From assembly GCA_017442875.1 (NCBI GenBank), contig JAFSPN010000046.1, positions 103,596 through 167,595 on the forward strand: a stretch of DNA of 64,000 nucleotides, read 5' to 3'. Under the pieces are notes generated by a model. It did no database searches and was not told where the DNA came from. It saw only the letters and a list, made by a program, of their open reading frames with translations. Positions within the stretch are counted from its first letter, which is position 1; each line of letters starts with the position of its first letter. Positions 9,883 through 19,849 of this stretch are shown here, one piece after another. Origin of the DNA: Bacilli bacterium (GTDB lineage Bacteria; Bacillota_I; Bacilli_A; RFN20; CAG-826). Made by a program: the position numbers and the translations under genes.

Positions 9883-11583
9883 TTGAAGAAATACTTAAAT
9901 GTTTCTAAAATAATTGATATGGACCTAGCTATAAACATTATCAAGTTATTAGTCGGAGCGGCTGTATTCATCGTTGGTATGAATATGATGTCCTCTGGTT
10001 TAAAGAAATCCACAGGACGTGGTGTTAAAAAGTTATTTAAAAGAATCCAGAACAATCGCTTTGCGGGATTTGGTATTGGTGCTGCTGTCACAGCGTTGAT
10101 TCAAAGCAGCGCTGCGACTGGTGTTATTGTTATTGGTTTTATTGGCGCTGGTGCGATGACCATACTTCAAGGCGTTTGCATCATTTTAGGTGCTTATGTC
10201 GGAACTACAGCTACTGGTTTATTAGCGTCATTATCATCTTTTGATATTTCATCTTATTTCTTGGTCCTTGCGGTTATCGGCGTTATCTTAATGTTTATCA
10301 AAAAAGAACAAGTCAAGAATATCGGTGAATTATTAGCGGGTTTAGGTATCTTGTTCTTTGGCTTAAAAACAATGAGCGAGGCCGCTAAATTTGAAACAAT
10401 TAGCAACGGCATTCAACAATTCTTTGGCATTGATGCCTTCTCATATTTCCCACCACTACTAGTTTTAATTGGTGCCCTTATTACTGCATTATTGCAATCT
10501 AGTTCCGCCTCTATCGGTATCACTGTGGCGATGGTTGCTTCTGGGGCATTAGAATTCCATAGCGCAATTTACATCGTATTAGGCGCAACAATTGGGACAG
10601 TTATTACTTTGCTCCTTGCGACAATTGGTAGTAACGTCAATGCTAAACGCACGGGTGCTATCGTTTTGATTATTCGTGTCGTTTCTGCTTTAATTGCTCT
10701 AGCTATTTATTGGCCATTGGCCCAATACATCGATAATGCTTTATTGACCATGTTTGGTGGTAACGCCTCTTTAGCGGTTGCGATGTTCCACGTCTTCTAC
10801 AACATCATCTTTATGATGGCGGCATTACCATTCGTCGGTATGCTTGAAAAACTATCAATTAAGCTCATTAAAGATAAAGAAGAAGAGAAGATGAAACAAG
10901 CGCTTAAATACATTGATAAGCACTTATTAGATACCCCTAGCGTCGCGATGATGCAGGTCAAAAGAGAAATTATCAACATGATGACTTTAGCGCACGAAAA
11001 CTTAAAATTAGGTTTCAACCGCATTCTTACTCAAGATCCATCACACGATAAAGAACTCATCGAAACAGAAGATAAGATTGACTATATTAACAATCAAATT
11101 ACTTCATTCTTAATCGACTTATCTAATAAATTATCATCTAGAGATGAGAAATCCGCTGGTTCATATTTCCACGTTGTTAACGATATTGAACGTATTGGTG
11201 ACCATGCTTATAACTTCTATGAATCATCATTAAAGATGGTAAGTAACGATCTTAAATTCTCTGAAACCGCACAAAATGAATTCAGAGAAATGTTCAAAGT
11301 TATTGATCAAATGTTTGAGTTATCATTTATCATTTTCCACGATCAAACCGTAGATAATCTTAAAAAATTACACGATCTAGAAAATCAAACAGACGAATTA
11401 AAGAACGTGCTTAGTACCGCTCATTATGAAAGAATTCAAAAGAATATGTGTAAGATGGAAAACTCTCCGTTCTACACATCACTCGTTAGTGAATTAGAAA
11501 GAGTGGCTGACCACTTAGTTAACGTTGGTTATTCCATTGTTAACCCTGTTGGTGATGATGAATTTGAGGCTAAGAACGCTTAG
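9883..11583 (+). CDS. Na/Pi-cotransporter family protein with C-terminal PhoU-like domain
   Basis: 566 aa; N-terminal polytopic Na/Pi cotransporter domain (duplicated QSSSA-type motifs) and a soluble C-terminal PhoU-like helical domain. Start could alternatively be the ATG at 9919. Confidence 0.65.
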   Translation: MKKYLNVSKIIDMDLAINIIKLLVGAAVFIVGMNMMSSGLKKSTGRGVKKLFKRIQNNRFAGFGIGAAVTALIQSSAATGVIVIGFIGAGAMTILQGVCIILGAYVGTTATGLLASLSSFDISSYFLVLAVIGVILMFIKKEQVKNIGELLAGLGILFFGLKTMSEAAKFETISNGIQQFFGIDAFSYFPPLLVLIGALITALLQSSSASIGITVAMVASGALEFHSAIYIVLGATIGTVITLLLATIGSNVNAKRTGAIVLIIRVVSALIALAIYWPLAQYIDNALLTMFGGNASLAVAMFHVFYNIIFMMAALPFVGMLEKLSIKLIKDKEEEKMKQALKYIDKHLLDTPSVAMMQVKREIINMMTLAHENLKLGFNRILTQDPSHDKELIETEDKIDYINNQITSFLIDLSNKLSSRDEKSAGSYFHVVNDIERIGDHAYNFYESSLKMVSNDLKFSETAQNEFREMFKVIDQMFELSFIIFHDQTVDNLKKLHDLENQTDELKNVLSTAHYERIQKNMCKMENSPFYTSLVSELERVADHLVNVGYSIVNPVGDDEFEAKNA

Positions 11584-11597
11584 TCTCTTTTTGCAAA

Positions 11598-12374
11598 ATG
11601 AAAAAAATTCATATAGTTATATCCATCTTATTATTTGTTTTAGGGGCCTTATGCTATATCTTCTTTGAGGCTCTACACACTCAAGTATTGCAAGATGAAC
11701 TCGCAAATAAATTTTTGTGCGGTTTTATTTCTAGATTTGGTTTAAGTATTTTATTTGTGTGGCTACTATATCTTTTCGGCGGAAGAGATTTCTTGTTCTT
11801 CAATAAAAGATTCTTTCTTTCTTTAGCCTGGTCATTACCATGCTTTATGGTAGCGTTAGTTAATTTCCCATATAGTGGCTTTATAACTGGGGCAGTAGGT
11901 TTTATTAGAGCGGACCTCATTGGCCTATATATTCTATATGTCTTTGGTATCTCTTTGATGGAGGAGTTAGTGTTCCGCGGAGTATTGCTAGTGCTTATTA
12001 AAGATATTTTCAAATATCATAAACACGCTCCTATTTTAATCGTCGCAGTAAGCGCTTTGATATTTTCTTTGTTCCATCTCACTAACTTATTTAGAGGCGG
12101 AGGCATTGGTGATGTCTTGCTTCAATGTTTATATACCTTCTTAATTGGTGCGATGTTATCCACATTAATGCTTAAATTAAACAATATTTGGTTGTGTGTT
12201 TTGATACATGGCATCTTTAATTTTGGTGGAATGCTTGTACAAGAAGGAATTGTTTCTGGCAATAACTGGGATGTTGTTTTCTGGGTATTAACAATTGTCA
12301 GTGGAGTGCTTTGTGCTGGTCACGTCATTTATAGTTTGTTAAAATTGGACAAGAATTATGTATCCAACTCTTGA
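11598..12374 (+). CDS. CPBP (CAAX) family intramembrane glutamic endopeptidase
   Basis: 258 aa membrane protein with motifs MEELVFRGVLL and FSLFH characteristic of the CPBP/Abi family. Confidence 0.65.
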   Translation: MKKIHIVISILLFVLGALCYIFFEALHTQVLQDELANKFLCGFISRFGLSILFVWLLYLFGGRDFLFFNKRFFLSLAWSLPCFMVALVNFPYSGFITGAVGFIRADLIGLYILYVFGISLMEELVFRGVLLVLIKDIFKYHKHAPILIVAVSALIFSLFHLTNLFRGGGIGDVLLQCLYTFLIGAMLSTLMLKLNNIWLCVLIHGIFNFGGMLVQEGIVSGNNWDVVFWVLTIVSGVLCAGHVIYSLLKLDKNYVSNS

Positions 12375-13179
12375 AGTATTCGGTTTTCCAATTGATTTAT
12401 ATACTGTCTGGATTGTCATTGGCATTATTGCTTGCTTAATATTCACTATTTTCACCATGAAAAAATGCGGTTATTCATCGACCGCTTCCGATACGATTAT
12501 CATCATTGGTATTCTAGCTATTATTCTAGGTTTTTTAATTGGTATGGTTTTCCAAGCCCTTTACGACTTCATCGAAAATCCAAGCGCGGGCTTTAAGATA
12601 AGCGGTAGTATGACATTCCTAGGTGGTCTCATTGGAGGCGTTATTGTCTTTGTTGGTTTATATTTCCTTTACGTCTATGTCATCAATCCACGATTAAAAG
12701 ACGGCAATTTCTTTAAATCAGATATGAATAAAGGCATCTGGTATTTACTTAGAATCGCTCCAATATCCATTACCATTGCCCATGGTTTTGGAAGAATTGG
12801 CTGTTTATTCGCTGGATGCTGTTATGGTAAAGAAAGCCATGAATGGTATAGCGTTTATAGCAATAATGCTGGTCATAACGTTATTCCTGTTCAACTTTAC
12901 GAAGCTATATTTTTATTCGTGTTGAGTGGTGTCTTAATTTTGATGCTATTTAAATTCAAATCAAAAGATGAAATGGCGGTCTATCTTGTCAGTTATGGTA
13001 TTTGGAGATTCGTTATTGAATTCTTTAGAGATGACCACCGCGGATCATTAGTGGGCAATTTAACTCCATCGCAGTTCTGGTCCATTATTATGGTTATTGG
13101 AGGCATCGCGGTATTTTTCTTATACCGATACTTTGATAAAAAGTTTGAAGACAAGCAAAAAGAGACGCAAGTTCAATAA
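12358..13179 (+). CDS. lgt: prolipoprotein diacylglyceryl transferase-like membrane protein
   Basis: 273 aa; N-terminal pattern similar to Lgt. Motif GRIGCLFAGCCYG has the same spacing as the Lgt signature GRxGNFxNxExxG. Lipoproteins (YidC, BMP) occur in the window. Assignment not certain. Confidence 0.5.
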   Translation: MYPTLEVFGFPIDLYTVWIVIGIIACLIFTIFTMKKCGYSSTASDTIIIIGILAIILGFLIGMVFQALYDFIENPSAGFKISGSMTFLGGLIGGVIVFVGLYFLYVYVINPRLKDGNFFKSDMNKGIWYLLRIAPISITIAHGFGRIGCLFAGCCYGKESHEWYSVYSNNAGHNVIPVQLYEAIFLFVLSGVLILMLFKFKSKDEMAVYLVSYGIWRFVIEFFRDDHRGSLVGNLTPSQFWSIIMVIGGIAVFFLYRYFDKKFEDKQKETQVQ

Positions 13180-13197
13180 AGCGTCTCTTTTAATTTT
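13155..13197. terminator. bidirectional terminator between lgt and the DUF1846 gene
   Basis: Stem AAGAGACGC/GCGTCTCTT (13160-13168 / 13181-13189) flanked by an A-run and a T-run. Confidence 0.65.
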
Positions 13198-13203
13198 ATT
13201 AAG

Positions 13204-14703
13204 TTACTTTTGGAAATATAACTTATGAGCGTAGCCAACAGGCTCTTCTGTAACATTAATGCCAAGAGCGTTTAATGTTCTTAAATCGGCATCAGAGAGG
13301 ATACAAGAAGCATGGGCTTCGCTACCTTTTAGTTTGGATAATTGCTTAAGCGCTAATTCGGCTAATGGGTTGCTACTAGCTTGAATAGCTAAGGCAATTA
13401 AGATTTCTTCACTACGGATACGTGGGTTCTCTTTCTTTAAAGGACCAGTTTTTAAATCCGCCATTGGGGAGATAACGTGTGGTGAAATTAAATGGATATG
13501 GTCATCAATTTTACCAAGCATTTTAAGTGTGTTAAGTAACATAGCTGCAGGCGCGCCTAATAAGATTGAGCGTTTACCGGTAATAATTTTGCCGTTAGGT
13601 AATTGAATAGCCACGACTCTTTCTTTACACTTTTTAGCCTTATCTAAGCAGGCCTCAACAACTGGTCGATCCGCAGTCGTAACACCTACCGCACCCATTA
13701 AAGCTTCTTCTTTGATTATTGTTTCGTCAGCAAATTTACCTAAGAAGACATTCTTTTTGGCTTGGTAGTAACGGCGGATGATTTCTTGTTTGCTCGCCTC
13801 TCTAGCGGCAGCATCGTTAACAATGGCGAAACCCACCATATTAACACCCATATCAGTTGGGGATTTATATGGAGACGAACCATAAATCTTTTCGAAAATG
13901 GTCTTTAATAATGGGAATGTTTCAATGTCGCGGTTATAGTTAGTCGCGGTTTTGCCATAGGCCGCTAAATGGTATGGGTCAATCATGTTGACATCAGCTA
14001 AATCAACAGTCGCCGCTTCATAGGCTAAGTTAACAGGATGTTCTAATGGAAGATTCCACACAGGGAATGTTTCGTATTTAGCGTAACCTGATTTAATGCC
14101 ACGGTTCATATCATGGTAGAGTTGGGAAAGGCAAACCGCCATCTTACCACTGCCTGGTCCAGGTGCGGTCACAACGATTAAGGAGCGGGTTGTCTCAACG
14201 TATTCGTTTCTTTCAAAGCCATCGCTACCAAATACAGACACCAAGTTTTGTGGATAACCAGTAATTCTAAAGTGTTTATAAACTTTAATGCCGTTTTTGC
14301 GGAGTTTTTGGGTGAACTGTTTAACTGTGGGGTTGTCTTCATAGAAGCACAAAACAACGCTAGAAACATATAAGCCTGCTGCTTGATAAGCATCGATTAA
14401 TCTTTCAACTTCTGATTCATAGGTAATACCTAAGTCGTTTCTAACTTTGTTATACCTAATATCATCAGCGTTGACAGCCATGACGATTTCAGCGTCATCT
14501 TTAAGGGTTAATAACATTTGGAGTTTTGAATCTGGTTGGAAACCAGGTAAAACTCTCGAAGCATGGAAGTCATCAAAGAGTTTGCCACCGAATTCAAGAT
14601 AAAGCTTACCACCAAAAGATTTAATGCGTTTTAAAATCTCTTGACGTTGAACCTTCAAGTATTTGTTGTTATCAAATGCTAATTTCTTTTTACTCGTCGG
14701 CAT
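13204..14703 (-). CDS. DUF1846 / UPF0371 family protein (function unknown)
   Basis: About 499 aa from the first ATG (MPTSKKKLAFDNNKYLKVQ...). GGKLYLEFGGKLFDDFHASRVLPGF is the hallmark N-terminal block of the UPF0371 family. Confidence 0.6.
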   Translation of the reverse strand: MPTSKKKLAFDNNKYLKVQRQEILKRIKSFGGKLYLEFGGKLFDDFHASRVLPGFQPDSKLQMLLTLKDDAEIVMAVNADDIRYNKVRNDLGITYESEVERLIDAYQAAGLYVSSVVLCFYEDNPTVKQFTQKLRKNGIKVYKHFRITGYPQNLVSVFGSDGFERNEYVETTRSLIVVTAPGPGSGKMAVCLSQLYHDMNRGIKSGYAKYETFPVWNLPLEHPVNLAYEAATVDLADVNMIDPYHLAAYGKTATNYNRDIETFPLLKTIFEKIYGSSPYKSPTDMGVNMVGFAIVNDAAAREASKQEIIRRYYQAKKNVFLGKFADETIIKEEALMGAVGVTTADRPVVEACLDKAKKCKERVVAIQLPNGKIITGKRSILLGAPAAMLLNTLKMLGKIDDHIHLISPHVISPMADLKTGPLKKENPRIRSEEILIALAIQASSNPLAELALKQLSKLKGSEAHASCILSDADLRTLNALGINVTEEPVGYAHKLYFQK

Positions 14704-15880
14704 AATTATCAAAATATCCTTGAATTAATACGACTGGGGTTCCTTTATCGCCTGATCCACTAGTTAAGTCGCATAATGAACCTAATAAATCAGTAATTTG
14801 TCTTGGGGTGGTACCTTCACTGGCCATTTTACCAACGAGGTCCTTTTCTTTGGCTTTGATATCTTCTTTAATTGCTTCCGCTAATTCTTGGCCTTTAAGA
14901 CCTTTATATGCATTATCTGCTAAATATTTGAGTTTTAATTCGTTTGGTGTGCCTTTTAAACCCTCTGTATGGAATGGAGAAACAACTGGGTCGGCTAATT
15001 CCCAAATCTTACCTTGTGGGTCTTTAAACGCACCATCACCGTATATCATAACTTCGATATTTTTACCGGTTTTGTTCTTTAAAAGCTTTTGCACTTCTTC
15101 GACGAGTGGTTGACCGTCTCTTGGGAATAACTTAACGGTTTCTTCTGTGGCTTTATTAGAACCTAATAAACCATATTTTTCGTTATAACCAGAACCATTA
15201 ATAGGAGCTGTTAAAATATCATCAAGGGCTAAAACAAGTTCAGCGCCTTTATCTTTTAATAATCTCTTTGTGGCAAATCTTGTATGAATATCGCATGTTA
15301 GAATTTTCTTTGTGTAATCAAGAATCGCTTCCGCTCTATTAGCGAAGATTACTTCGACATCCGCGCCACTTTCTTTAATGAGTTTCACATAGTAATCGAC
15401 ATAGTCAACGCCGGTGAATTCATGCACTCTATAACCAAATAATTCTCTATATTTTTCTAAAGAAAGAACATCGCTATATGGATTAACACCACTCTCATAT
15501 AAGGCATCATTGGTAATTAAAGCGTTACCGACTTCATCGCTTGGATAGGAAAGCATTAAATAAACTTTCTTCACGCCTTTAGCAATACCTCTTAAGAGAA
15601 TAGCGAATCTATTTCTGCTCAAGATAGGAAAAATGACCGCTACTTCATCGCCACCGGTTTTCTTTCTCACATCGCTCGCGATATCTTCGACAGAGGCGTA
15701 ATTGCCCTGGCAGCGCGCGACGATGGACTCGGTGATTGCGACAACATCACGATCATGGAATTTGAATCCTTCATTTTCTGAGGCTTTTAAAACTGAATCG
15801 ACGACAATATTTGCCAAGTCGTCACCAGTTTTCAATACGGGAAGCCTAATCCCTCTAGATGTCACACCTACACATCTCAT
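14690..15880 (-). CDS. CofE-like (F420-0:gamma-glutamyl ligase family) protein with C-terminal extension
   Basis: 396 aa; N-terminus MRCVGVTSRGIRLPVLKTGDDLANIV matches the CofE family start, and GSGDKGTPVVL matches a CofE signature. It overlaps the DUF1846 gene by 14 nt. Confidence 0.5.
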   Translation of the reverse strand: MRCVGVTSRGIRLPVLKTGDDLANIVVDSVLKASENEGFKFHDRDVVAITESIVARCQGNYASVEDIASDVRKKTGGDEVAVIFPILSRNRFAILLRGIAKGVKKVYLMLSYPSDEVGNALITNDALYESGVNPYSDVLSLEKYRELFGYRVHEFTGVDYVDYYVKLIKESGADVEVIFANRAEAILDYTKKILTCDIHTRFATKRLLKDKGAELVLALDDILTAPINGSGYNEKYGLLGSNKATEETVKLFPRDGQPLVEEVQKLLKNKTGKNIEVMIYGDGAFKDPQGKIWELADPVVSPFHTEGLKGTPNELKLKYLADNAYKGLKGQELAEAIKEDIKAKEKDLVGKMASEGTTPRQITDLLGSLCDLTSGSGDKGTPVVLIQGYFDNYADE

Positions 15881-15894
15881 AAATGGTTTCTCCT

Positions 15895-17322
15895 TTATTT
15901 CTTATCCTTCTTTACTTTAGCAAGGATATTTCTAGCGACATAGACACCACAGGCACCCGCTTGAGCTAATCCTCTTGTGAGGCCTGCACCATCTCCACCA
16001 ACGTAGAGATTCTTAATATTTTTAACTTCGAGTTTGTTATCAATTTGTGGGTGAGCGCTGTAGTATTTTGCTTCAACGCCATATAGTAATGTGTGTTCAG
16101 TAGCGATACCAGGAGTGATGTGGTCTAAGACTTGAATCATTTCGATAATCGCTTGCATCGTTTTTTGTGGTAAGCAAAGCGCTAAATCGCCCGGAACAGC
16201 TTCTTTAAGAGTTGGTCTTACAAAGCCTTCGTTAATGCGCTTAACTGTGCTACGTCTGCCCTGTTTTATATCGCCATAGCGTTGCACAAGCACGGATCCA
16301 CACGCTAATTGATTGGCTAAGGACGAGACTTTTAAAGCATATTCATTTGGTTTTTTGAATGGTTCTTCAAAATGGTGTGTAACCAATAATGCAAAGTTTG
16401 TATTTTCACTAGATAATTTTGGATCGTTATAGGAGTGACCGTTAACATTAACGACACCTTGATAGTTTTCCATAACGACATGTCCACCTGGGTTAGAGCA
16501 GAATGTTCTAACTGTGCTACCAGTGGATGCTTTATAAAGGAACTTACCTTCATATAAGTTCTTATTAATTTCTTCCATGACCATATTTGGGCATTCGACA
16601 CGCACGCCAATATCAACTTGGTTTTGTTTCATTTCAACGCCCAATTTTTCAAATAGATTGGTAAGCCATTGACTGCCTTCTCTTCCAACCGCGAGCAAAA
16701 CATAATCCGCTTCAATAGTTTCATCTTTATCGGTGATAACACCTTTAATTTCACCTTCTTTGATGACGATATCTTTAACAGCGGTTGAGAACGAACAATC
16801 AATTTTATCTTTTAAATCAAAATAAATTCTGGTTAATATTTTTAAGTTTTCTTCGGTGCCTAAATGTCTCACTTTACTATGTAAAAGTTTAAGACCGACA
16901 GACATTGCTCTTCTTTCAATATCTCTAACTTCTGGAGTAAATGGATCAGTAATAACTGGTGTGGCACCATATTTAAGGTTGATTTCATCAACGTAATGAA
17001 TGAGTTTCATCAAATCATCTTGGTCGATGTAGTCTTGCAACCAGCCACCAAATTCGGAAGTAATATTAAATTTGCCATCCGAATAAGCACCTGCACCACC
17101 AAAGCCATTGGTAATAGAGCAAGCAGGATAGCATTCTTGATACCCTTTCGCGTTCTTTGGGCATCTTGATAATTTGTGTTCTAAAACAGGACAGTGCCTA
17201 TTTTCGATAGATAGGCCTTTATCAAGGAGGATGACTTTGAGATCGGGATTCTTTTTGACAAGCTCATAGGCACAAAAATAACCACTTGGACCCGCTCCGA
17301 CAATTGCGACATCGTATTTCAT
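15895..17322 (-). CDS. FAD-dependent dehydrogenase (COG2509-like, Rossmann GxGxxG N-terminus, Cys-rich insert)
   Basis: 475 aa; MKYDVAIVGAGPSGYFCA FAD-binding fingerprint; C-terminal GGDGAG...GACG motif typical of this family. Confidence 0.55.
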   Translation of the reverse strand: MKYDVAIVGAGPSGYFCAYELVKKNPDLKVILLDKGLSIENRHCPVLEHKLSRCPKNAKGYQECYPACSITNGFGGAGAYSDGKFNITSEFGGWLQDYIDQDDLMKLIHYVDEINLKYGATPVITDPFTPEVRDIERRAMSVGLKLLHSKVRHLGTEENLKILTRIYFDLKDKIDCSFSTAVKDIVIKEGEIKGVITDKDETIEADYVLLAVGREGSQWLTNLFEKLGVEMKQNQVDIGVRVECPNMVMEEINKNLYEGKFLYKASTGSTVRTFCSNPGGHVVMENYQGVVNVNGHSYNDPKLSSENTNFALLVTHHFEEPFKKPNEYALKVSSLANQLACGSVLVQRYGDIKQGRRSTVKRINEGFVRPTLKEAVPGDLALCLPQKTMQAIIEMIQVLDHITPGIATEHTLLYGVEAKYYSAHPQIDNKLEVKNIKNLYVGGDGAGLTRGLAQAGACGVYVARNILAKVKKDKK

Positions 17323-17436
17323 AAGTATCTCCTTCAGTCTTTTCTAATTAGAAAAAACACTCTTTAAGTATATTCTAACATCCGAGCCTTGTTAAATGTT
17401 TTTTAACATTTTTAAAAGCAGCCTATTTAAGACTGC

Positions 17437-18018
17437 TTATTGATCGTTTTCTGGGATGCATTCTTTGACTTTTTTATACACTTCGTATGGATTTTCAACG
17501 CATCTGAAGGCGAATGCGCCATTGACGTTATTTTGTGTATTCATCATTGGAATAGCGGGTGAAGCGAATGTAATTGTGCCTGTACTTCCGCATATCTTAT
17601 CAAGGAAATCCACTCTCACATTAACTAATCCGACATATTTTAATTCAATAGATTTATAGTCAACACCAATAAAGCCTGATCTAATAATTAATCTTTTGTT
17701 AGTGACGACATAGATTGTTCTTTGATAACGAACGATATATCCGATGATAGATAAGATAATCATGATTAAGAAAGGTGTGGAGAACACTAAAAACATAATC
17801 GGCGCTAACAAATCTTGTTCGCCGTTTTCGTTTGTAAATTTAATAACATTAAAAATGCCTAAAATACCAACGGAGAAAACACCCCCAAAGAAGATGATTA
17901 AGAATAATAATGTTGCGATAACATTCGCGGTCACAAATCTCTTCTTGCTTGGCTTGAAATACTCTTTAATTTCTTCGTCGTTAGTGAGAATTCTTTTTAC
18001 TTCTTCTAATTCTTTCAT
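17437..18018 (-). CDS. bacterial PH-domain (bPH_2, YdbS/YdbT-like) membrane protein
   Basis: 193 aa; two TM helices followed by the YVVTNKRLIIRSG motif of bacterial PH domains. Confidence 0.55.
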   Translation of the reverse strand: MKELEEVKRILTNDEEIKEYFKPSKKRFVTANVIATLLFLIIFFGGVFSVGILGIFNVIKFTNENGEQDLLAPIMFLVFSTPFLIMIILSIIGYIVRYQRTIYVVTNKRLIIRSGFIGVDYKSIELKYVGLVNVRVDFLDKICGSTGTITFASPAIPMMNTQNNVNGAFAFRCVENPYEVYKKVKECIPENDQ

Positions 18019-18120
18019 GATAAATTACTCCTTAATCGGTCAACATATTTTAATATTTATTCAAAATAAAACAATGGGCTTATTTACGAAAGGCGGTAGA
18101 CTCTAAATCTATTTATATAA

Positions 18121-18154
18121 AAACACGATCCGTTGGGACCGTGTATTTATTTAT
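18121..18154 (-). terminator. rho-independent terminator downstream of prs
   Basis: Minus-strand stem ACACGGTCC/GGATCGTGT followed by TTTTT. Confidence 0.55.
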
Positions 18155-18163
18155 GTTTCGATA

Positions 18164-19099
18164 TTAGAAATGCTCGTCGATATATCTAGCGATGACTGGG
18201 GCTAATGAGACGATAGACACCACGTCTTCTTCTTGCGGGATTGAATCACTAATAGCGATATCTAAGATGCCACATCTATATAATTTCGCGAGAGCATTTT
18301 TGGAAAAGATACCATGACATGCACAGATTAAGATACCTTTGGCTTCATTTTTAAGAAGCTCTTTAGAAGCAGCGATAATTGTGCCGCCTGTATCGATGAT
18401 ATCATCAATCATTAAACAGTATTTTCCACCAACTGGTTCACCTTTGATATTGGTGATAACGGCTTTGTTTGGCTCTGGACGATATTTGTTCAAAACCGCA
18501 ATTGGAATATCACCTAACGCTTTTGATAAGTGTTTAGCTCTTTCTAAGCCACCCTTGTCAGGAGAAACAATGACGATGTCTTGTAAAGAGATTCTAAATT
18601 TCTTAATGCGCTCACGATAATATTTTGCAAAAACCGATGATGAGTACAGTTCTTTGCATTCCATTCCATCAAAGAATGGATCCATTGCACCACTATGGTA
18701 ATCGACAGAGATGACTCTATCGCACCCCGCGGCTTTTAAGCAATTAGCGACTAGTTTCGCACTAATTGGATCACCGAAGTCAATTGTTCTATCTTGTCTA
18801 ACATATCCGAAATAAGGAATAATCGCAGTGATAGATCTGGCTTCGCCTCTATGGCAAGCATCAATGAAGATTAATAACTCCATCAATTTGTCATTAACTG
18901 GTTGACATGTCGAGTGAATAACGATGACGTCTTTATTTTTAACGTCCGTATCTGGACATGGGCGGGCAAATATTTCGTTGTCTGCGAATCTTCTGACGAT
19001 TGCGCAACTCTTCTTCATGCCCAATTCTTCGCACACCTTGTTTGCTAAGTCTTCGCAAGATGTCAAAGAGAAGATTACTGTTTTGTCTCTGTTTGTCAT
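18164..19099 (-). CDS. prs: ribose-phosphate pyrophosphokinase (PRPP synthetase)
   Basis: Start taken as MTNRDKTVIFS (GAGGGA RBS); an ATG 7 codons upstream is also possible. Motifs RFADNEI, PYFGYVRQDR and the PRPP-binding loop DDIIDTGGT are present. Confidence 0.85.
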   Translation of the reverse strand: MTNRDKTVIFSLTSCEDLANKVCEELGMKKSCAIVRRFADNEIFARPCPDTDVKNKDVIVIHSTCQPVNDKLMELLIFIDACHRGEARSITAIIPYFGYVRQDRTIDFGDPISAKLVANCLKAAGCDRVISVDYHSGAMDPFFDGMECKELYSSSVFAKYYRERIKKFRISLQDIVIVSPDKGGLERAKHLSKALGDIPIAVLNKYRPEPNKAVITNIKGEPVGGKYCLMIDDIIDTGGTIIAASKELLKNEAKGILICACHGIFSKNALAKLYRCGILDIAISDSIPQEEDVVSIVSLAPVIARYIDEHF

Positions 19100-19159
19100 A
19101 ACTTTCTTTCCCTCTTTCAACTGAAAGGAATATCAATTATTTCTTTGTCTTTTTGAAGA

Positions 19160-19834
19160 TTAGATTATTGGTCTATCTTCTGTAGTGCCATTTGTTGTAC
19201 CAAACGTACGGTCACCACAATCGCCTAAACCTGGGCAGATATAGGCATTTTCGTTTAAGCAACGATCAAGCGCTCCGATGTAAAGTGGAATTTCTGGATA
19301 TTTCTTGCAGAAAGCTTCGACGCCTTCTGGAGCGGCAATGATACAAATGAAGGTAATTCTTTTTGCACCATGCTTTTTAAGTTGTCTAACGGCATCAATC
19401 GCCGAGCCGCCTGTAGCGAGCATTGGGTCGATTAAGTAGACATCTTTTTCGGAAATATCCGCAGGTAATTTGCAATAATATTCCACTGGTTCATGTGTTG
19501 TTTCATCGCGGTATAAACCGATATGACCACATGTGCATCCTGGAACAAGTTCCAACATTCCATCCGCCATACCTAAGCCAGCACGTAAGATTGGAACGAA
19601 GCAAAGAGATTTTCTTTTAACCACTGGTTGGACAGTTTTTTCAATTGGTGTTTCAATTTCCACCATTGCTGTGTCGACATGGCGTAATGCTTCATATCCT
19701 TCCAATACGGATATTTCTTTAACAAGCATTTTGAATTCGCTAGTCTTAGTGGTTTTGTCTCTAAGTTTTGTAATCTTGTGAGTGATTAATGGATGGTCAA
19801 GGATGGTTACATTTTTAAATTCTTTGTAAGCCAT
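19160..19834 (-). CDS. upp: uracil phosphoribosyltransferase
   Basis: 224 aa; PRPP-binding motif YLIDPMLATGGS and the C-terminal GLGDCGDR UPRTase signature. Confidence 0.85.
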   Translation of the reverse strand: MAYKEFKNVTILDHPLITHKITKLRDKTTKTSEFKMLVKEISVLEGYEALRHVDTAMVEIETPIEKTVQPVVKRKSLCFVPILRAGLGMADGMLELVPGCTCGHIGLYRDETTHEPVEYYCKLPADISEKDVYLIDPMLATGGSAIDAVRQLKKHGAKRITFICIIAAPEGVEAFCKKYPEIPLYIGALDRCLNENAYICPGLGDCGDRTFGTTNGTTEDRPII

Positions 19835-19849
19835 TTGGATTACCTCTTG

